The notes beneath the pieces are model-generated. The model did not search any database, was not told the DNA's origin, and worked only from the letters and a program-made list of their open reading frames with translations. Of a DNA stretch of 64,000 bases, positions 51,603 to 61,417 are shown piece by piece. Source of the DNA: an uncultured Gammaproteobacteria bacterium. Its GTDB lineage: Bacteria > Patescibacteriota > Patescibacteriia > Patescibacteriales > WJLG01. Positions within the stretch are counted from its first letter, which is position 1. Every line of letters starts with the position of its first letter. A program made the position numbers and the translations under genes. The stretch lies in NCBI GenBank assembly GCA_964395625.1, contig CAYNAR010000002.1:781-64780 (forward strand), in the 5' to 3' direction.

Positions 51603-52298
51603 ATGGGGAAAAAAGTCAATCCAAAGGTAATGAGAATAGGCATCAGCCGGACTTGGCCGTCCGTCTGGTTCGGCCAGGGCGAGGATTATCGCCGCAATCT
51701 CAAGCAAGACATTTTGTTGCGCCGTCACATCATTCATTCTTTGAAGGATGCCGGTATAGACAGCGTTAAGATTGAGAGAGGTCCGAAGAAGATCACTGTC
51801 GAGATAGTTACCGCCAAACCTGGTATCATCATCGGTCGCGGTGGAAACGGAGCCGAAGATTTGAAGAAGAAGATTCATGATAAATATTTAAAGAATTTCC
51901 GCTTAGGAGAGATCAACTTGGTCATTAAGGAATGCGATCGTCCTAACCTTTCCTCTCAGGTCGTCCTTCAGTCCATGATCGACGAGATCGAGAAGCGTAT
52001 GGCTTTCAAGAGAGTGATGAAGCAGACTATCGCCAGAGTTGAGAAGGCCGGAGCTTTGGGTGTCAAGGTTATGATGTCCGGACGCTTGAACGGTGCCGAA
52101 ATCGCCAGAGAAGAGATGCTCGTCTCGGGAAAGATACCTTTACAGACTTTGCGCGCCGATATCGATTATTCCCGCGGTGTCGCTAAGACGACCTATGGAA
52201 CTATCGGAATCAAGATTTGGATATATAAGGGTGAAGTTTTCGATAAAGAAGTCGCCGCCAAGGATAACAGGGGCGAAGTAGTCGGTAGAAAAAAATAA
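51603..52298 (+). CDS. rpsC: 30S ribosomal protein S3
   Basis: 231 aa. MGKKVNPKVMRIG..., KH domain, GRLNGAEIAR. Confidence 0.95.
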   Translation: MGKKVNPKVMRIGISRTWPSVWFGQGEDYRRNLKQDILLRRHIIHSLKDAGIDSVKIERGPKKITVEIVTAKPGIIIGRGGNGAEDLKKKIHDKYLKNFRLGEINLVIKECDRPNLSSQVVLQSMIDEIEKRMAFKRVMKQTIARVEKAGALGVKVMMSGRLNGAEIAREEMLVSGKIPLQTLRADIDYSRGVAKTTYGTIGIKIWIYKGEVFDKEVAAKDNRGEVVGRKK

Positions 52299-52347
52299 AA
52301 TATAACGCCAATGTCGCGATGTGTCGCGAATTAGCGTCAGGAAGATT

Positions 52348-52758
52348 ATGTTAATGCCAAAAAAAACCAAATATAGAAAGTCCCACAAAGGTACCCGTGG
52401 AGGAAAGGCTACTGCCGGAATCCATGTCTCCTATGGTAGCTATGGATTGAAGGCCTTGGAGAATTGCTGGGTCACTGCCAGACAAATCGAATCCGCTCGC
52501 CGTGTCATAACTCGTTATGTCGCAAAGGGTGGTCGTTTGTTCATCCGCATTTTCCCGGACAAGCCGGTAACGGCCAAGGGCGGTGAATTGCCGATGGGTA
52601 AAGGTAAAGGCGGTGTCGACCATTATGTCGCAGTCGTCAAACCGGGCATGATTATGTTCGAAATGGAGGGTGTCACTGAAGAGCAGGCTCGCGAGGCTTT
52701 GGAATCGGCAGGCTACAAGCTTCCGATCAAGACAAAATTCATCAAAGCTAACGAATAA
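52348..52758 (+). CDS. rplP: 50S ribosomal protein L16
   Basis: MLMPKKTKYRKSHKG. Start moved from the track GTG 52321 to ATG 52348. Confidence 0.93.
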   Translation: MLMPKKTKYRKSHKGTRGGKATAGIHVSYGSYGLKALENCWVTARQIESARRVITRYVAKGGRLFIRIFPDKPVTAKGGELPMGKGKGGVDHYVAVVKPGMIMFEMEGVTEEQAREALESAGYKLPIKTKFIKANE

Positions 52759-52764
52759 ACTTAT

Positions 52765-52959
52765 ATGGAAATAGAATTGAAAGATTTAAAGAAAAAAAGC
52801 GAGAAAGAACTGCAAGAGCTTTTGGCTTCCGGCCGTGAGAAGCTTCGTGTCGCCCGCTTTAAGGATGCTAACAAACAGCTTAAGGATGTTCGCGAGATAA
52901 GACGCGAGAAGAAGATGGTCGCTCAGGTCTTGACCTTGCTTAATTCAATGAAAAAATAA
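52765..52959 (+). CDS. rpmC: 50S ribosomal protein L29
   Basis: 64 aa, at the conserved position after rplP. Confidence 0.9.
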   Translation: MEIELKDLKKKSEKELQELLASGREKLRVARFKDANKQLKDVREIRREKKMVAQVLTLLNSMKK

Positions 52960-52969
52960 TTTTTTTAAT

Positions 52970-53218
52970 ATGGAAAACGATAAGAAGGTCATAAAAAAGA
53001 AATTTTCCGGCGTCGTGATCAGCAATAAGATGGACAAGACCGCCGTCGTGCGCGTCGATAGCGTCAAAAAGGATCCGAAATACGGCAAGCGCTATACTGT
53101 TTCCAGAAAGTTCAAGGTTCATGACGAGAACAATAAGCTCGAAGTCGGCAAGAAGGTGGAATTCATTGAATGCCGCCCGCTGTCTAAAGAGAAAAAGTGG
53201 AGAGTTATCTATAAATAA
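52970..53218 (+). CDS. rpsQ: 30S ribosomal protein S17
   Basis: 82 aa. GVVISNKMDKTAVVRV...VHDENN. Confidence 0.93.
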   Translation: MENDKKVIKKKFSGVVISNKMDKTAVVRVDSVKKDPKYGKRYTVSRKFKVHDENNKLEVGKKVEFIECRPLSKEKKWRVIYK

Positions 53219-53243
53219 GAATTATTAATTTAAGTTTTTTAAT

Positions 53244-53612
53244 ATGATTCTGGTTGGAACAAAATTAAGAGTAGCTGATAACACCGGTGCAAAGATCGCT
53301 GAATGTATTCGCGTTCGTGGTGGTTATCGCAAAAGATATGGCCATGTCGGCGACATCATCGTCGCTGCGGTCAAAGAGGCTACCCCTCATGCTCCTATCA
53401 AAAAGAGCGATGTGGTGAAGGCGGTCATTGTCCGCACTAAAAAGGAAATCCGTCGCAAGGATGGAACCTATTTGCGTTTTGATGAGAACGCCTGCGTTAT
53501 CATTGACGACAAGGGCGAGCCAAAGGGGAGCAGAATTTTTGGTCCTATTGCCAGAGAGGTAAGAAAGAGGGGATATGTTAAGATCGCTTCTTTAGCCCCG
53601 GAGGTTTTATAA
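53244..53612 (+). CDS. rplN: 50S ribosomal protein L14
   Basis: 122 aa. [10 protein letters not shown]. Confidence 0.96.
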   Translation: MILVGTKLRVADNTGAKIAECIRVRGGYRKRYGHVGDIIVAAVKEATPHAPIKKSDVVKAVIVRTKKEIRRKDGTYLRFDENACVIIDDKGEPKGSRIFGPIAREVRKRGYVKIASLAPEVL

Positions 53613-53631
53613 AAAGTATAAAGCAAGATAT

Positions 53632-53964
53632 ATGAAGATAAAAAAAGGTGACAAAGTTAAAATCTTGGCCGGAAAAGACAAGGGCAAAGAAGGTAAAGTG
53701 ATGCAGGTTTTCGTCGACAAAGAGAAAGTCAGCGTCGAAGGCTTGAATCTTTCCATTAAGCATCTTCGTCCTCGCCGCCAGGGAGAGAAAGGTCAGAGAA
53801 TAGAATTCCCGGCTCCGTTGGATATGTCCAATTTGCTTTTGGTCTGCCCGAAGTGCGGTAAGGCCACTAGAGTCGGTTTTAAGATTACCGAGGAGGTCGT
53901 CGGCGACAAGAAAGTTTCTAAGAAGGAACGCATTTGCAAGAAGTGCGATAAGAATATCGACTAA
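53632..53964 (+). CDS. rplX: 50S ribosomal protein L24 (Cys4 zinc-ribbon form)
   Basis: 110 aa. MKIKKGDKVKILAGKDKGKEG; CPKCG...CKKCD. Confidence 0.93.
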   Translation: MKIKKGDKVKILAGKDKGKEGKVMQVFVDKEKVSVEGLNLSIKHLRPRRQGEKGQRIEFPAPLDMSNLLLVCPKCGKATRVGFKITEEVVGDKKVSKKERICKKCDKNID

Positions 53965-53978
53965 GCCAGTATAAAAAT

Positions 53979-54521
53979 ATGAGATTACAAGAAATATACA
54001 AAAAAGAGATAGCGAAGCAATTGAAGGAGAAGCTTGACATTAAAAATGTCATGCAGATTCCTCGCCTCAAAAAGGCCGTTATCAATGTCGGCTTCGGTCG
54101 TAATGCTAAGGACAAGGATTTGATCGATAGAGTCAAGATGAGTCTTACCGCCATTTCCGGACAGAGACCTGTCCTGACCAAGGCCAAAAAGGCTATCTCC
54201 GCTTTCAAGATCAGAGAGGATATGATCATTGGCGCCATGGTGACCATGCGCGGCAAGAGGATGTGGGATTTTATCGAGAAATTGGTAAATATTTATTTCC
54301 CGCGCGTTAGAGATTTCCGTGGTATCAGCGACACTGTCGTCGATAGAAACGGAAATATCACCGTCGGTTTTAAGGATATATTGGCTTTTCCGGAAATAGA
54401 CGTTCAGGATCTGGAAAAGGTGCATGGCTTGGAGATCAGCATCTCCACCACTGCCGGTAATCGCGAGGCCGGTTTGGAGCTTTTCAAGGCTTTGAACTTC
54501 CCTCTCAAGGATAATAAATAA
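53979..54521 (+). CDS. rplE: 50S ribosomal protein L5
   Basis: 180 aa, conserved L5 sequence and position. Confidence 0.95.
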   Translation: MRLQEIYKKEIAKQLKEKLDIKNVMQIPRLKKAVINVGFGRNAKDKDLIDRVKMSLTAISGQRPVLTKAKKAISAFKIREDMIIGAMVTMRGKRMWDFIEKLVNIYFPRVRDFRGISDTVVDRNGNITVGFKDILAFPEIDVQDLEKVHGLEISISTTAGNREAGLELFKALNFPLKDNK

Positions 54522-54535
54522 ATTATTTTGATAAT

Positions 54536-54721
54536 ATGGCTAGAAAAGCAATGATTGTTAAGGCTAAAAGAAAGCCGAAATTTTCCACCAGAGTGATCAG
54601 ACGTTGCTGGCGCTGTGGCCGCAATCATGGATACATCCGTGATTTCGGAATCTGCCGCATTTGCTTCCGCGAATTAGCGGACAAAGGGGAACTCCCCGGA
54701 ATCAGGAAAGCCTCCTGGTAA
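54536..54721 (+). CDS. rpsZ: 30S ribosomal protein S14, type Z (zinc-binding)
   Basis: 61 aa. [23 protein letters not shown]. Confidence 0.95.
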   Translation: MARKAMIVKAKRKPKFSTRVIRRCWRCGRNHGYIRDFGICRICFRELADKGELPGIRKASW

Positions 54722-54758
54722 TTTTAACCAAAGCAATCAATTAAGCTAAGATAAAAAT

Positions 54759-55166
54759 ATGACTGATCCAATAGCAGACATGCTCACAAGAATCAGAAAC
54801 GCGGCCTTGAGCGGCAAAAACGAAATAGTTTTGCCAATGAGCAAAATCAAATACCAAATCGCCAAAATTTTCGAAAGAGAAGGATGGATACAGAAATGCG
54901 AAGAGGTTTTGCCGGTCGAGGGCGAGAAAGGCGCTTTCAAGGAATTGAAAATCGTTTTGAAATACAAGAAGAGCGGTCGTCCGGCCATAACTTCGATAAA
55001 GCGTGTTTCTAAACCGAGTTTGCGCGTTTACGCCAAGAAAACTGAAATGCCCGTCGTTTTGAACGGCTTCGGTACGGCTATCGTTTCCACTCCGAGCGGT
55101 TTGATGACTGCCAAAGAGGCTAAACAACAGAAAGTCGGCGGAGAAATAATTTGCGAAGTATTCTAA
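54759..55166 (+). CDS. rpsH: 30S ribosomal protein S8
   Basis: 135 aa. MTDPIADMLTRIRNA. Confidence 0.96.
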   Translation: MTDPIADMLTRIRNAALSGKNEIVLPMSKIKYQIAKIFEREGWIQKCEEVLPVEGEKGAFKELKIVLKYKKSGRPAITSIKRVSKPSLRVYAKKTEMPVVLNGFGTAIVSTPSGLMTAKEAKQQKVGGEIICEVF

Positions 55167-55252
55167 TAAAAAATCGGCGGGTCGCCGCTATCCATTAAGC
55201 GCAATGTCAAAGTCGCACTTAATGGGTTGAACATCGGCTCGCGAGTAAATAT

Positions 55253-55801
55253 ATGTCTCGTTTAGGAAAATTACCAATCAAGATACCAGCCGGCGTCCAG
55301 GTCAAAGTGGATAAGGATTTTATCGTTGTCAAAGGACCGAAAGCCGAGCTTAAAGAGGTGACCAATGAATCGGTTAATATCGAAATCAATGGTGAACAGA
55401 TCGAGGTGAGCGTCAAGGACCCGGAAAACAAAAAGCAAAGAGCTTTGTGGGGTCTTTATCGTAACTTGGTCAACAATTTGGTCGAGGGAGTCACTAAAGG
55501 ATTCGAGAGAAAACTCGAGATTAATGGTGTCGGTTATCGCGTTCAGGCCCAAGGAAGAAAGTTGATTTTGAGCGTCGGTTATTCTCATCCTGTTGAATTC
55601 GATTTGCCGGAAGGTGTCGATGGCAAGGTTCAGGACAATCTCATCACTTTGACTTGCCCTGACAAGAGATTGCTTGGCGAGACTGCTTTCAAATTGAGAA
55701 GCGTTAAGAAACCGGAGCCTTATAAGGGCAAGGGTATAAAATACTTAGAAGAGGTTATCCGCCGCAAAGAGGGTAAAGCTGCCGCCGGCAAAGGCGAATA
55801 A
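55253..55801 (+). CDS. rplF: 50S ribosomal protein L6
   Basis: 182 aa. MSRLGKLPIKIPAGV. Confidence 0.95.
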   Translation: MSRLGKLPIKIPAGVQVKVDKDFIVVKGPKAELKEVTNESVNIEINGEQIEVSVKDPENKKQRALWGLYRNLVNNLVEGVTKGFERKLEINGVGYRVQAQGRKLILSVGYSHPVEFDLPEGVDGKVQDNLITLTCPDKRLLGETAFKLRSVKKPEPYKGKGIKYLEEVIRRKEGKAAAGKGE

Positions 55802-55821
55802 TATTTTAAGATAAAGAATAT

Positions 55822-56178
55822 ATGAATAAGCAGAAAAAAATACAACAGGGTAGAGAGAGAAGACACAAGAGAATCAGAGCTAAAATCGCCGGTACCGCAG
55901 AAAAGCCTCGTTTTTCCGTTTTCCGCTCTAATCGCGGGATGTATTTGCAATTGATCGACGATGTTCGCGGTCAGACTTTGGTTAGCGCTCATTCCAAGGA
56001 GATCACTGCCAAGGTTGAGGGCAAAGTCGGTTTGGCTACCGAGCTCGGCAAACTTCTTGCCTCTAAGGCGGTTGCTAAGAAAATATCCACTGTCGTTTTC
56101 GATAAATCTTTTTATAAATACCATGGTCGCGTCAAGGCAGTTGCCGACGGAGCCAGAGAGGGTGGATTGAAATTTTAA
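55822..56178 (+). CDS. rplR: 50S ribosomal protein L18
   Basis: 118 aa. [24 protein letters not shown]. Confidence 0.95.
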   Translation: MNKQKKIQQGRERRHKRIRAKIAGTAEKPRFSVFRSNRGMYLQLIDDVRGQTLVSAHSKEITAKVEGKVGLATELGKLLASKAVAKKISTVVFDKSFYKYHGRVKAVADGAREGGLKF

Positions 56179-56203
56179 GCATCTAATAAAAATTTTTTAG
56201 AAT

Positions 56204-56935
56204 ATGAACGAAGAGAAAAAACAGCCAATAGTTAATAAAGAAGGAACGGCCGCGGCTGGCGGCAATGTTTCGGCCATGGAGCAAAAGCAAGGCGCCGGAC
56301 GCGGTTCTTCTGGTTTTCGTCCTCGCGGAAAGGGCTTCGGTCCTCGTCGCGGAGCCAAGCCGGTGGAGAAGAAAGACGAGTACGAGCAGAGAATTTTGGA
56401 CATCGCTCGCGTTACTCGCGTTATGGCCGGTGGAAAAAGAATGCGCTTTAGAGCTTGCGTAGCCATTGGCGACGGCAAGGGTAAAGTCGCTGTCGGTCTC
56501 GGAAAGGGTATTGATGTCACCTTGGCAGTCAACAAGGCCGTCAATAGAGCCAAGAGAGAGATAATCGATGTGCCGATAATCAAAGAGACTATTCCTCACG
56601 AAGTCTATTATAAGTATTGCGCCGCTAAGATCCTCTTCAAGCCAGCCTCTGCTGGTCGCGGTGTGAAAGCCGGTGGTATCGTCAGATCCATTTTAGAGCT
56701 CGCCGGTGTCAAGAACATCACTTCCAAAGTTTTGGGTTCTGGCAACAAAGTCGCCAACGCTCATTGCACCATCGAAGCTTTGAAGAGATTGAAGAGAGTC
56801 GAACAGCCATCCGCCCCTAAGGCCGAGGTCGTCAAGGAAGATAAGGTCGCTAAGGTCGAGGATGATAAGAAGGCTGAAGCAGAGAATAAAGAGGAAGTCA
56901 AAAAAGAAGCCAAAAAAATTAACAAGAAAAAATAA
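56204..56935 (+). CDS. rpsE: 30S ribosomal protein S5 with N- and C-terminal extensions
   Basis: 243 aa. RVTRVMAGGKRMRFRACVAIGDGKGKVAVGLGK. Confidence 0.95.
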   Translation: MNEEKKQPIVNKEGTAAAGGNVSAMEQKQGAGRGSSGFRPRGKGFGPRRGAKPVEKKDEYEQRILDIARVTRVMAGGKRMRFRACVAIGDGKGKVAVGLGKGIDVTLAVNKAVNRAKREIIDVPIIKETIPHEVYYKYCAAKILFKPASAGRGVKAGGIVRSILELAGVKNITSKVLGSGNKVANAHCTIEALKRLKRVEQPSAPKAEVVKEDKVAKVEDDKKAEAENKEEVKKEAKKINKKK

Positions 56936-56937
56936 GT

Positions 56938-57351
56938 ATGCTCGGATTAAATACTATTAAAGCGAAGAAGGGTCAGAAGAGGGCCAAATACGTCGGTCGC
57001 GGTTGCGGCTCAGGTATTGGTACCACTGCTGGTCGCGGTACAAAGGGTCAGAAAGCCCGTTCCGGTGTCTCCGGTTTGAAGAAACTGGGCATGCGTCCTA
57101 GAATTTTGCAGACTCCGAAATTGAGAGGTTTCACCTCTATGTATCACAAGCATCAAATAGTCCAGGTTGCCGACATCAACAAGTCTTTTAAGGATGGAGA
57201 TATCGTCAATGCTAAGGCTTTATTGAAGCTTGGCTTAACCAAGAGAGATGATCGCGAGGTCAAAATCTTGGGCAAGGAAAAACTCACCGTCAAGGTTACT
57301 TTTGACGGAATAAAGCTTAACAGCTCGGTTGCCGAGCAAGTTAAGAAATAA
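56938..57351 (+). CDS. rplO: 50S ribosomal protein L15
   Basis: 137 aa. GRGCGSGIGTTAGRGTKGQKARSG. It starts 2 nt after the rpsE stop, leaving no room for rpmD. Confidence 0.95.
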   Translation: MLGLNTIKAKKGQKRAKYVGRGCGSGIGTTAGRGTKGQKARSGVSGLKKLGMRPRILQTPKLRGFTSMYHKHQIVQVADINKSFKDGDIVNAKALLKLGLTKRDDREVKILGKEKLTVKVTFDGIKLNSSVAEQVKK

Positions 57352-57412
57352 GGAGCGGTTAGCCCTACCAAGGGTTGACTGCTTTTCTTTTCAAATTCAA
57401 ACTCTTATCGAT

Positions 57413-58681
57413 ATGCAAGAAAAACTTTTGAAAATCTGGAAGGCTAGAGATTTGCGTAATAGCATACTTTTTGTTATTGGTCTTTTGGCCGTATTCAGAT
57501 TATTCGCTCATATCCCAGTCCCAGGTGTTGACGTAATGGCTTTGCGCAATATCTTTGCCGGCAACCAGATGCTTGGTCTTCTGAATGTCTTTTCCGGCGG
57601 AAGCATGGAAAATTTCTCCATCGTCATGATGGGTGTCGGTCCTTACATAACTTCTTCGATCATCTTCCAATTATTGGCGATGATAATCCCTTCTTTGGAG
57701 GAGATGCAGAAAGAGGAGACCGGTCGTCAGAAGATAAACATGTGGACTCGTTGGTGCGCAGTACCATTCAGTATGTTGCAGGCTTATGGTATGATCACCT
57801 TACTTGAGCGTTCTTCGGCCGGAGTCATCACCAGTTTGACCGCCTTTGATAAATTGGTTATAGCTATCACCGTTTCCGCCGGTACTATATTTTTAATGTG
57901 GCTCGGCGAATTGATCAGCGAGAAGAAGATCGGTAACGGTCTTTCTATTATGATTTTTGCCGGTATCGTTTCCGGATTACCTGGTGCCATACAGCAGACA
58001 TTGGCGACCGGCGCCAGCAATGTTGTGACGATAGTGGCTTTCTTGGCCGTAACCTTGGCCACCATCTGGAGCATAGTCAAGATAAACGAAGCGCAAAGAA
58101 ATATTCCGATACAGCACGCCCGTCAGGTTCGTGGCAATCATACATATGGAGGAGCTACGACATCTTTGCCTTTGCGTGTCAATATGGGCGGCGTGATACC
58201 GATAATCTTTGCTATCTCGGTCTTGGTTTTCCCGTCGATGATAGCTCAATTCTTCATGCAAGCCAGAACAGAATGGCTCAGGAATAGCGCCGAATGGCTA
58301 GCCAATATAATGAACGATAATTGGATTTATGGAATAAGTTACTTCGTCTTAGTTTTCGGCTTCACTTATTTCTATACGGAAGTCATCTTCCATCCGGAGA
58401 GAATCGCCGAGAATCTTCAAAAACAAGGCGCTTTCATTCCTGGTATTCGTCCTGGTGAACATACTCGCGACTATATAGCTTCTACCGTTTATAAAATAAT
58501 ATTGGTCGGAGCTTTGTTCTTGGCCATAATCGCCGTCCTGCCTCTTGTAGTTAAAGGATTTACGCATACTAGCGCTTTACAAATCGGTGGCACAGGAATA
58601 CTGATCGTCGTTTCCGTCGTTATAGATATGGTTAAGCAGATTGAGGCGCAATTGACCATGAGAGAGTACGAAAGCAATTAA
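57413..58681 (+). CDS. secY: preprotein translocase subunit SecY
   Basis: Start moved from track 57329 to ATG 57413 (MQEKLLKIWKARDLRNSILF). 10-TM SecY pattern. Confidence 0.95.
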   Translation: MQEKLLKIWKARDLRNSILFVIGLLAVFRLFAHIPVPGVDVMALRNIFAGNQMLGLLNVFSGGSMENFSIVMMGVGPYITSSIIFQLLAMIIPSLEEMQKEETGRQKINMWTRWCAVPFSMLQAYGMITLLERSSAGVITSLTAFDKLVIAITVSAGTIFLMWLGELISEKKIGNGLSIMIFAGIVSGLPGAIQQTLATGASNVVTIVAFLAVTLATIWSIVKINEAQRNIPIQHARQVRGNHTYGGATTSLPLRVNMGGVIPIIFAISVLVFPSMIAQFFMQARTEWLRNSAEWLANIMNDNWIYGISYFVLVFGFTYFYTEVIFHPERIAENLQKQGAFIPGIRPGEHTRDYIASTVYKIILVGALFLAIIAVLPLVVKGFTHTSALQIGGTGILIVVSVVIDMVKQIEAQLTMREYESN

Positions 58682-58706
58682 TATTTTCTTGATACAGAAT
58701 TTTCGA

Positions 58707-58742
58707 AGACCTGCTCCAGTGATTGGAGTGGGTCTTTTTTTT
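58707..58742 (+). terminator. strong intrinsic terminator directly after secY
   Basis: AGACC..CTCCA-GTGAT-TGGAG..GGTCT followed by TTTTTTTT. Confidence 0.7.
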
Positions 58743-58783
58743 GATTCAATCATCTGGTTTTTTGGACATAGAACGGTTATTAA

Positions 58784-58792
58784 TGCTATAAT
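58784..58792 (+). promoter_or_regulatory. extended -10 promoter TGcTATAAT
   Basis: TG at 58784-58785 and TATAAT at 58787-58792, about 30 nt upstream of ATG 58822. Confidence 0.45.
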
Positions 58793-58821
58793 TGGTAAAA
58801 GATGTAAATAATTAAGGTTTT

Positions 58822-59121
58822 ATGGGGTTATTTAATAGTTTGCCTAAAGCTAGCATAAATTTTAGCTTCGATAAAGCTTATAGCGGTTTCGAGGATAAAT
58901 TAAGGCATATAGCTCGTCGAGGGTCGTTGAAGAATTTAGAGGATAATATAGAGGATATTCTCGGTGTTTTACGCGAATATGAGGATTCTATCCGGCATGG
59001 TGGATTGTCGTATGGACAACGAGAAAGGATTTGGCAAAAGATACGCACTGTCAGCGGTAGCGAGATTACTAACGACGACAAGAAAGAAATTAAAGAGTTG
59101 CTTCAATATTTAGGTAAATAA
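58822..59121 (+). CDS. hypothetical protein (orphan)
   Basis: 99-aa track ORF. No motif recognised. Confidence 0.45.
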   Translation: MGLFNSLPKASINFSFDKAYSGFEDKLRHIARRGSLKNLEDNIEDILGVLREYEDSIRHGGLSYGQRERIWQKIRTVSGSEITNDDKKEIKELLQYLGK

Positions 59122-59124
59122 TTT

Positions 59125-59745
59125 ATGCCTTTTTTCACGCAAAAATCATTGCGCCAGACGGTCGGCTCCAAGAGTCTTGGTAGTGATATAAATAAAAAGT
59201 TGCAAGCTGCTACCGGTTCTTCTAATATTAGCGAGGCTAGAAAGCAGTTCGCTAAATCTTTGATCGGTAAGAATGATCGGCAAAGAGAGTCGATCTATAA
59301 GCAATATGGATTAGGTCAAGAGAACCGCAAGCAAGTGGAGAAAGCCCTTGATAAGGGGGAGAAGAATTTTTCCAAGACGGAGCTTGGTAAAATCCGTGAA
59401 GCTGAAGAGGCTAAAAAGAGATTGAACGTCATATTGTCCGGTGAAGAATTGTCCGGTGGCGGGCCAGTGAGACTTGGGGTTAGCAGAAATAATCTTTCAA
59501 GAGGGGCCGGTAGTTTCAACTTTCGTGATCTACCTGGTGGAGACACTGATTTACAGCAGAAGACCGGGTTAGCTGTCGGCGGAAGGCCGAAGATAGGGTA
59601 TGGGGTGGCCGGCGGTGGCGCGGGAGGTAGAAGTACTAGTTCGGCGCTATCGGCATCATCCAAAGTGAATGGTTCGAAAATTGACGAAGAGGAAAAAAGG
59701 GATAAACCTAATATATTTATCGGCGGTCTTGGTGCCGGAGTTTAA
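59125..59745 (+). CDS. hypothetical Gly/Ser/Lys-rich low-complexity protein (orphan)
   Basis: 206-aa track ORF that starts 3 nt after the previous stop. Confidence 0.45.
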   Translation: MPFFTQKSLRQTVGSKSLGSDINKKLQAATGSSNISEARKQFAKSLIGKNDRQRESIYKQYGLGQENRKQVEKALDKGEKNFSKTELGKIREAEEAKKRLNVILSGEELSGGGPVRLGVSRNNLSRGAGSFNFRDLPGGDTDLQQKTGLAVGGRPKIGYGVAGGGAGGRSTSSALSASSKVNGSKIDEEEKRDKPNIFIGGLGAGV

Positions 59746-59749
59746 AATT

Positions 59750-60733
59750 ATGACAATATTATTATTCGTTTTATTCCTCGCTGTCGGTTTTTTCCTTTTG
59801 ATAAAAGGTGCTGACTACTTAGTTGATGGCGCATCTTCTCTGGCTAAGCGTTTTAAAGTTTCCGATTTAGTCATTGGTTTGACTATCGTAGCTTTTGGAA
59901 CGTCGGCTCCGGAGCTTATTGTTAGTCTTGTGTCGGCTATAAAAGGGCAGGGCGATATTTCCATCGGAAACGTCGTCGGTTCTAATATTGTCAATTTGTT
60001 GTTTATTCTGGGTTTGTCGGCGATTGTTAGGCCTTTAATAGTAAAGAGGAATACTGCTCACAAAGAGATTCCTTTCTCGCTTTTGGCCGCCATAGCCGCT
60101 CTGATTTTGCTCAATGATCGTTTTTTTAGTGATGGCGGCGGTGATGTTTTGGGTCGTGGCGACGGATTGATACTCATTCTCTTTTTTATCATATTCGTTT
60201 TTTATAGTTTTGCCACGGCTAAGGGGGAGCAAGGCGTCGTCGAGGATATTAAAGAAGAGAATAGAGATATTAAAAAACTGAAGTTCGCCACTATCTCTTT
60301 TATGATAATTGGAGGACTTGCCGCTTTATCGATCGGTGGTAATTTGGTGGTTCGCGGTGCTTCAGGAATAGCTTTGGCGATGGGCATTAGCGAGAAATTG
60401 ATAGGATTGACGATAGTGGCGATAGGAACCTCTTTACCGGAACTTTTCTCGTCGATAATCGCTGCCCGCAAAGGAAATAGCGATATGGCCATAGGTAACG
60501 TCGTCGGATCCAATATCTTTAATATTTTTTGGATATTGGGAATGGCTTCATTGATTAGTCCTTTGAAATTTAATTCTGTCATGAATTTCGATTTGGTGTT
60601 TCTGGTTGTAGTGACTTCCGTTATGCCGATATTGATATATACTGGGAAGAAGAGAGTTATCGATAAGAGAGAGGGGTGGTTCATGGTGTCTTCTTATTTC
60701 GCCTACGTGATATTTTTGATAATAAGAAAATAA
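59750..60733 (+). CDS. calcium/sodium antiporter (CaCA family, YrbG-like)
   Basis: Two alpha-repeats (GTSAPELIVS and GTSLPELFSS...GNVVGSNIFN). Start moved from track 59669 to ATG 59750. Confidence 0.85.
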   Translation: MTILLFVLFLAVGFFLLIKGADYLVDGASSLAKRFKVSDLVIGLTIVAFGTSAPELIVSLVSAIKGQGDISIGNVVGSNIVNLLFILGLSAIVRPLIVKRNTAHKEIPFSLLAAIAALILLNDRFFSDGGGDVLGRGDGLILILFFIIFVFYSFATAKGEQGVVEDIKEENRDIKKLKFATISFMIIGGLAALSIGGNLVVRGASGIALAMGISEKLIGLTIVAIGTSLPELFSSIIAARKGNSDMAIGNVVGSNIFNIFWILGMASLISPLKFNSVMNFDLVFLVVVTSVMPILIYTGKKRVIDKREGWFMVSSYFAYVIFLIIRK

Positions 60734-60742
60734 AAATAAAAT

Positions 60743-61417
60743 ATGTTCGGTAAAAAAGTGGTTTTAATATTTATGGGTCCTCCAGGTTCCGGAAAGGGGA
60801 CTCAAACCGATATGTTGGCTAAAAAGCTTCGTATACCGGCTATTTCTCCTGGGGAGCTTTTGCGTCAAGAAGTTAAAAAGAATACAAAAATCGGAAAGGA
60901 GATAAAGGACGTTTTGTCGTCTGGAGCTTTTGTAGATAACAAGATTGTGGAAAAATTATTGGAAAAACGTTTACTAGAAAAAGACGCTCAAAAAGGCATT
61001 ATTTTTGACGGTTTTCCGCGTAATCATAAGCAAATAACTTATTTGGAGAAGAAATTTGATAATTTTAACAAGCGGCGCTATAATGCTTGGACTGTTTATA
61101 TAGATATTTCCGATAAAGAGGCTAAAAAACGCCTGACCGCTCGTCGAGTTTGTTTCTGCGGGGCCACCTATCATCTAATAACCAAGCCACCTAAAAAGAA
61201 GGGGATTTGTGATGAGTGTGGTCGGCACATCGAACAACGCTTGGATGATAGGCCAAACATTGTCACTAAGCGCTTGAAGATTTTCCATAAAGAGAATAAT
61301 CCTTTATTGCGGTTCTTTGTGAAAAAGAAGATGGTTATCGTCGTTGACGGCGAGAAAGACATTAAGGATATTTTCAAGAATTTGACTGATAAATTAAAAA
61401 AGAAAGGTATTAAATGA
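60743..61417 (+). CDS. adk: adenylate kinase (zinc-lid form)
   Basis: GPPGSGKGTQ P-loop. LID with CFCG...CDECG. Confidence 0.93.
   Translation: MFGKKVVLIFMGPPGSGKGTQTDMLAKKLRIPAISPGELLRQEVKKNTKIGKEIKDVLSSGAFVDNKIVEKLLEKRLLEKDAQKGIIFDGFPRNHKQITYLEKKFDNFNKRRYNAWTVYIDISDKEAKKRLTARRVCFCGATYHLITKPPKKKGICDECGRHIEQRLDDRPNIVTKRLKIFHKENNPLLRFFVKKKMVIVVDGEKDIKDIFKNLTDKLKKKGIK

Noticed and set aside
53632-53964. The Cys4 zinc ribbon in L24 as a novelty.
   Set aside because: The same CPxCG...CxxCG form is, to my recollection, present in Thermus-type L24, so this is a known variant.
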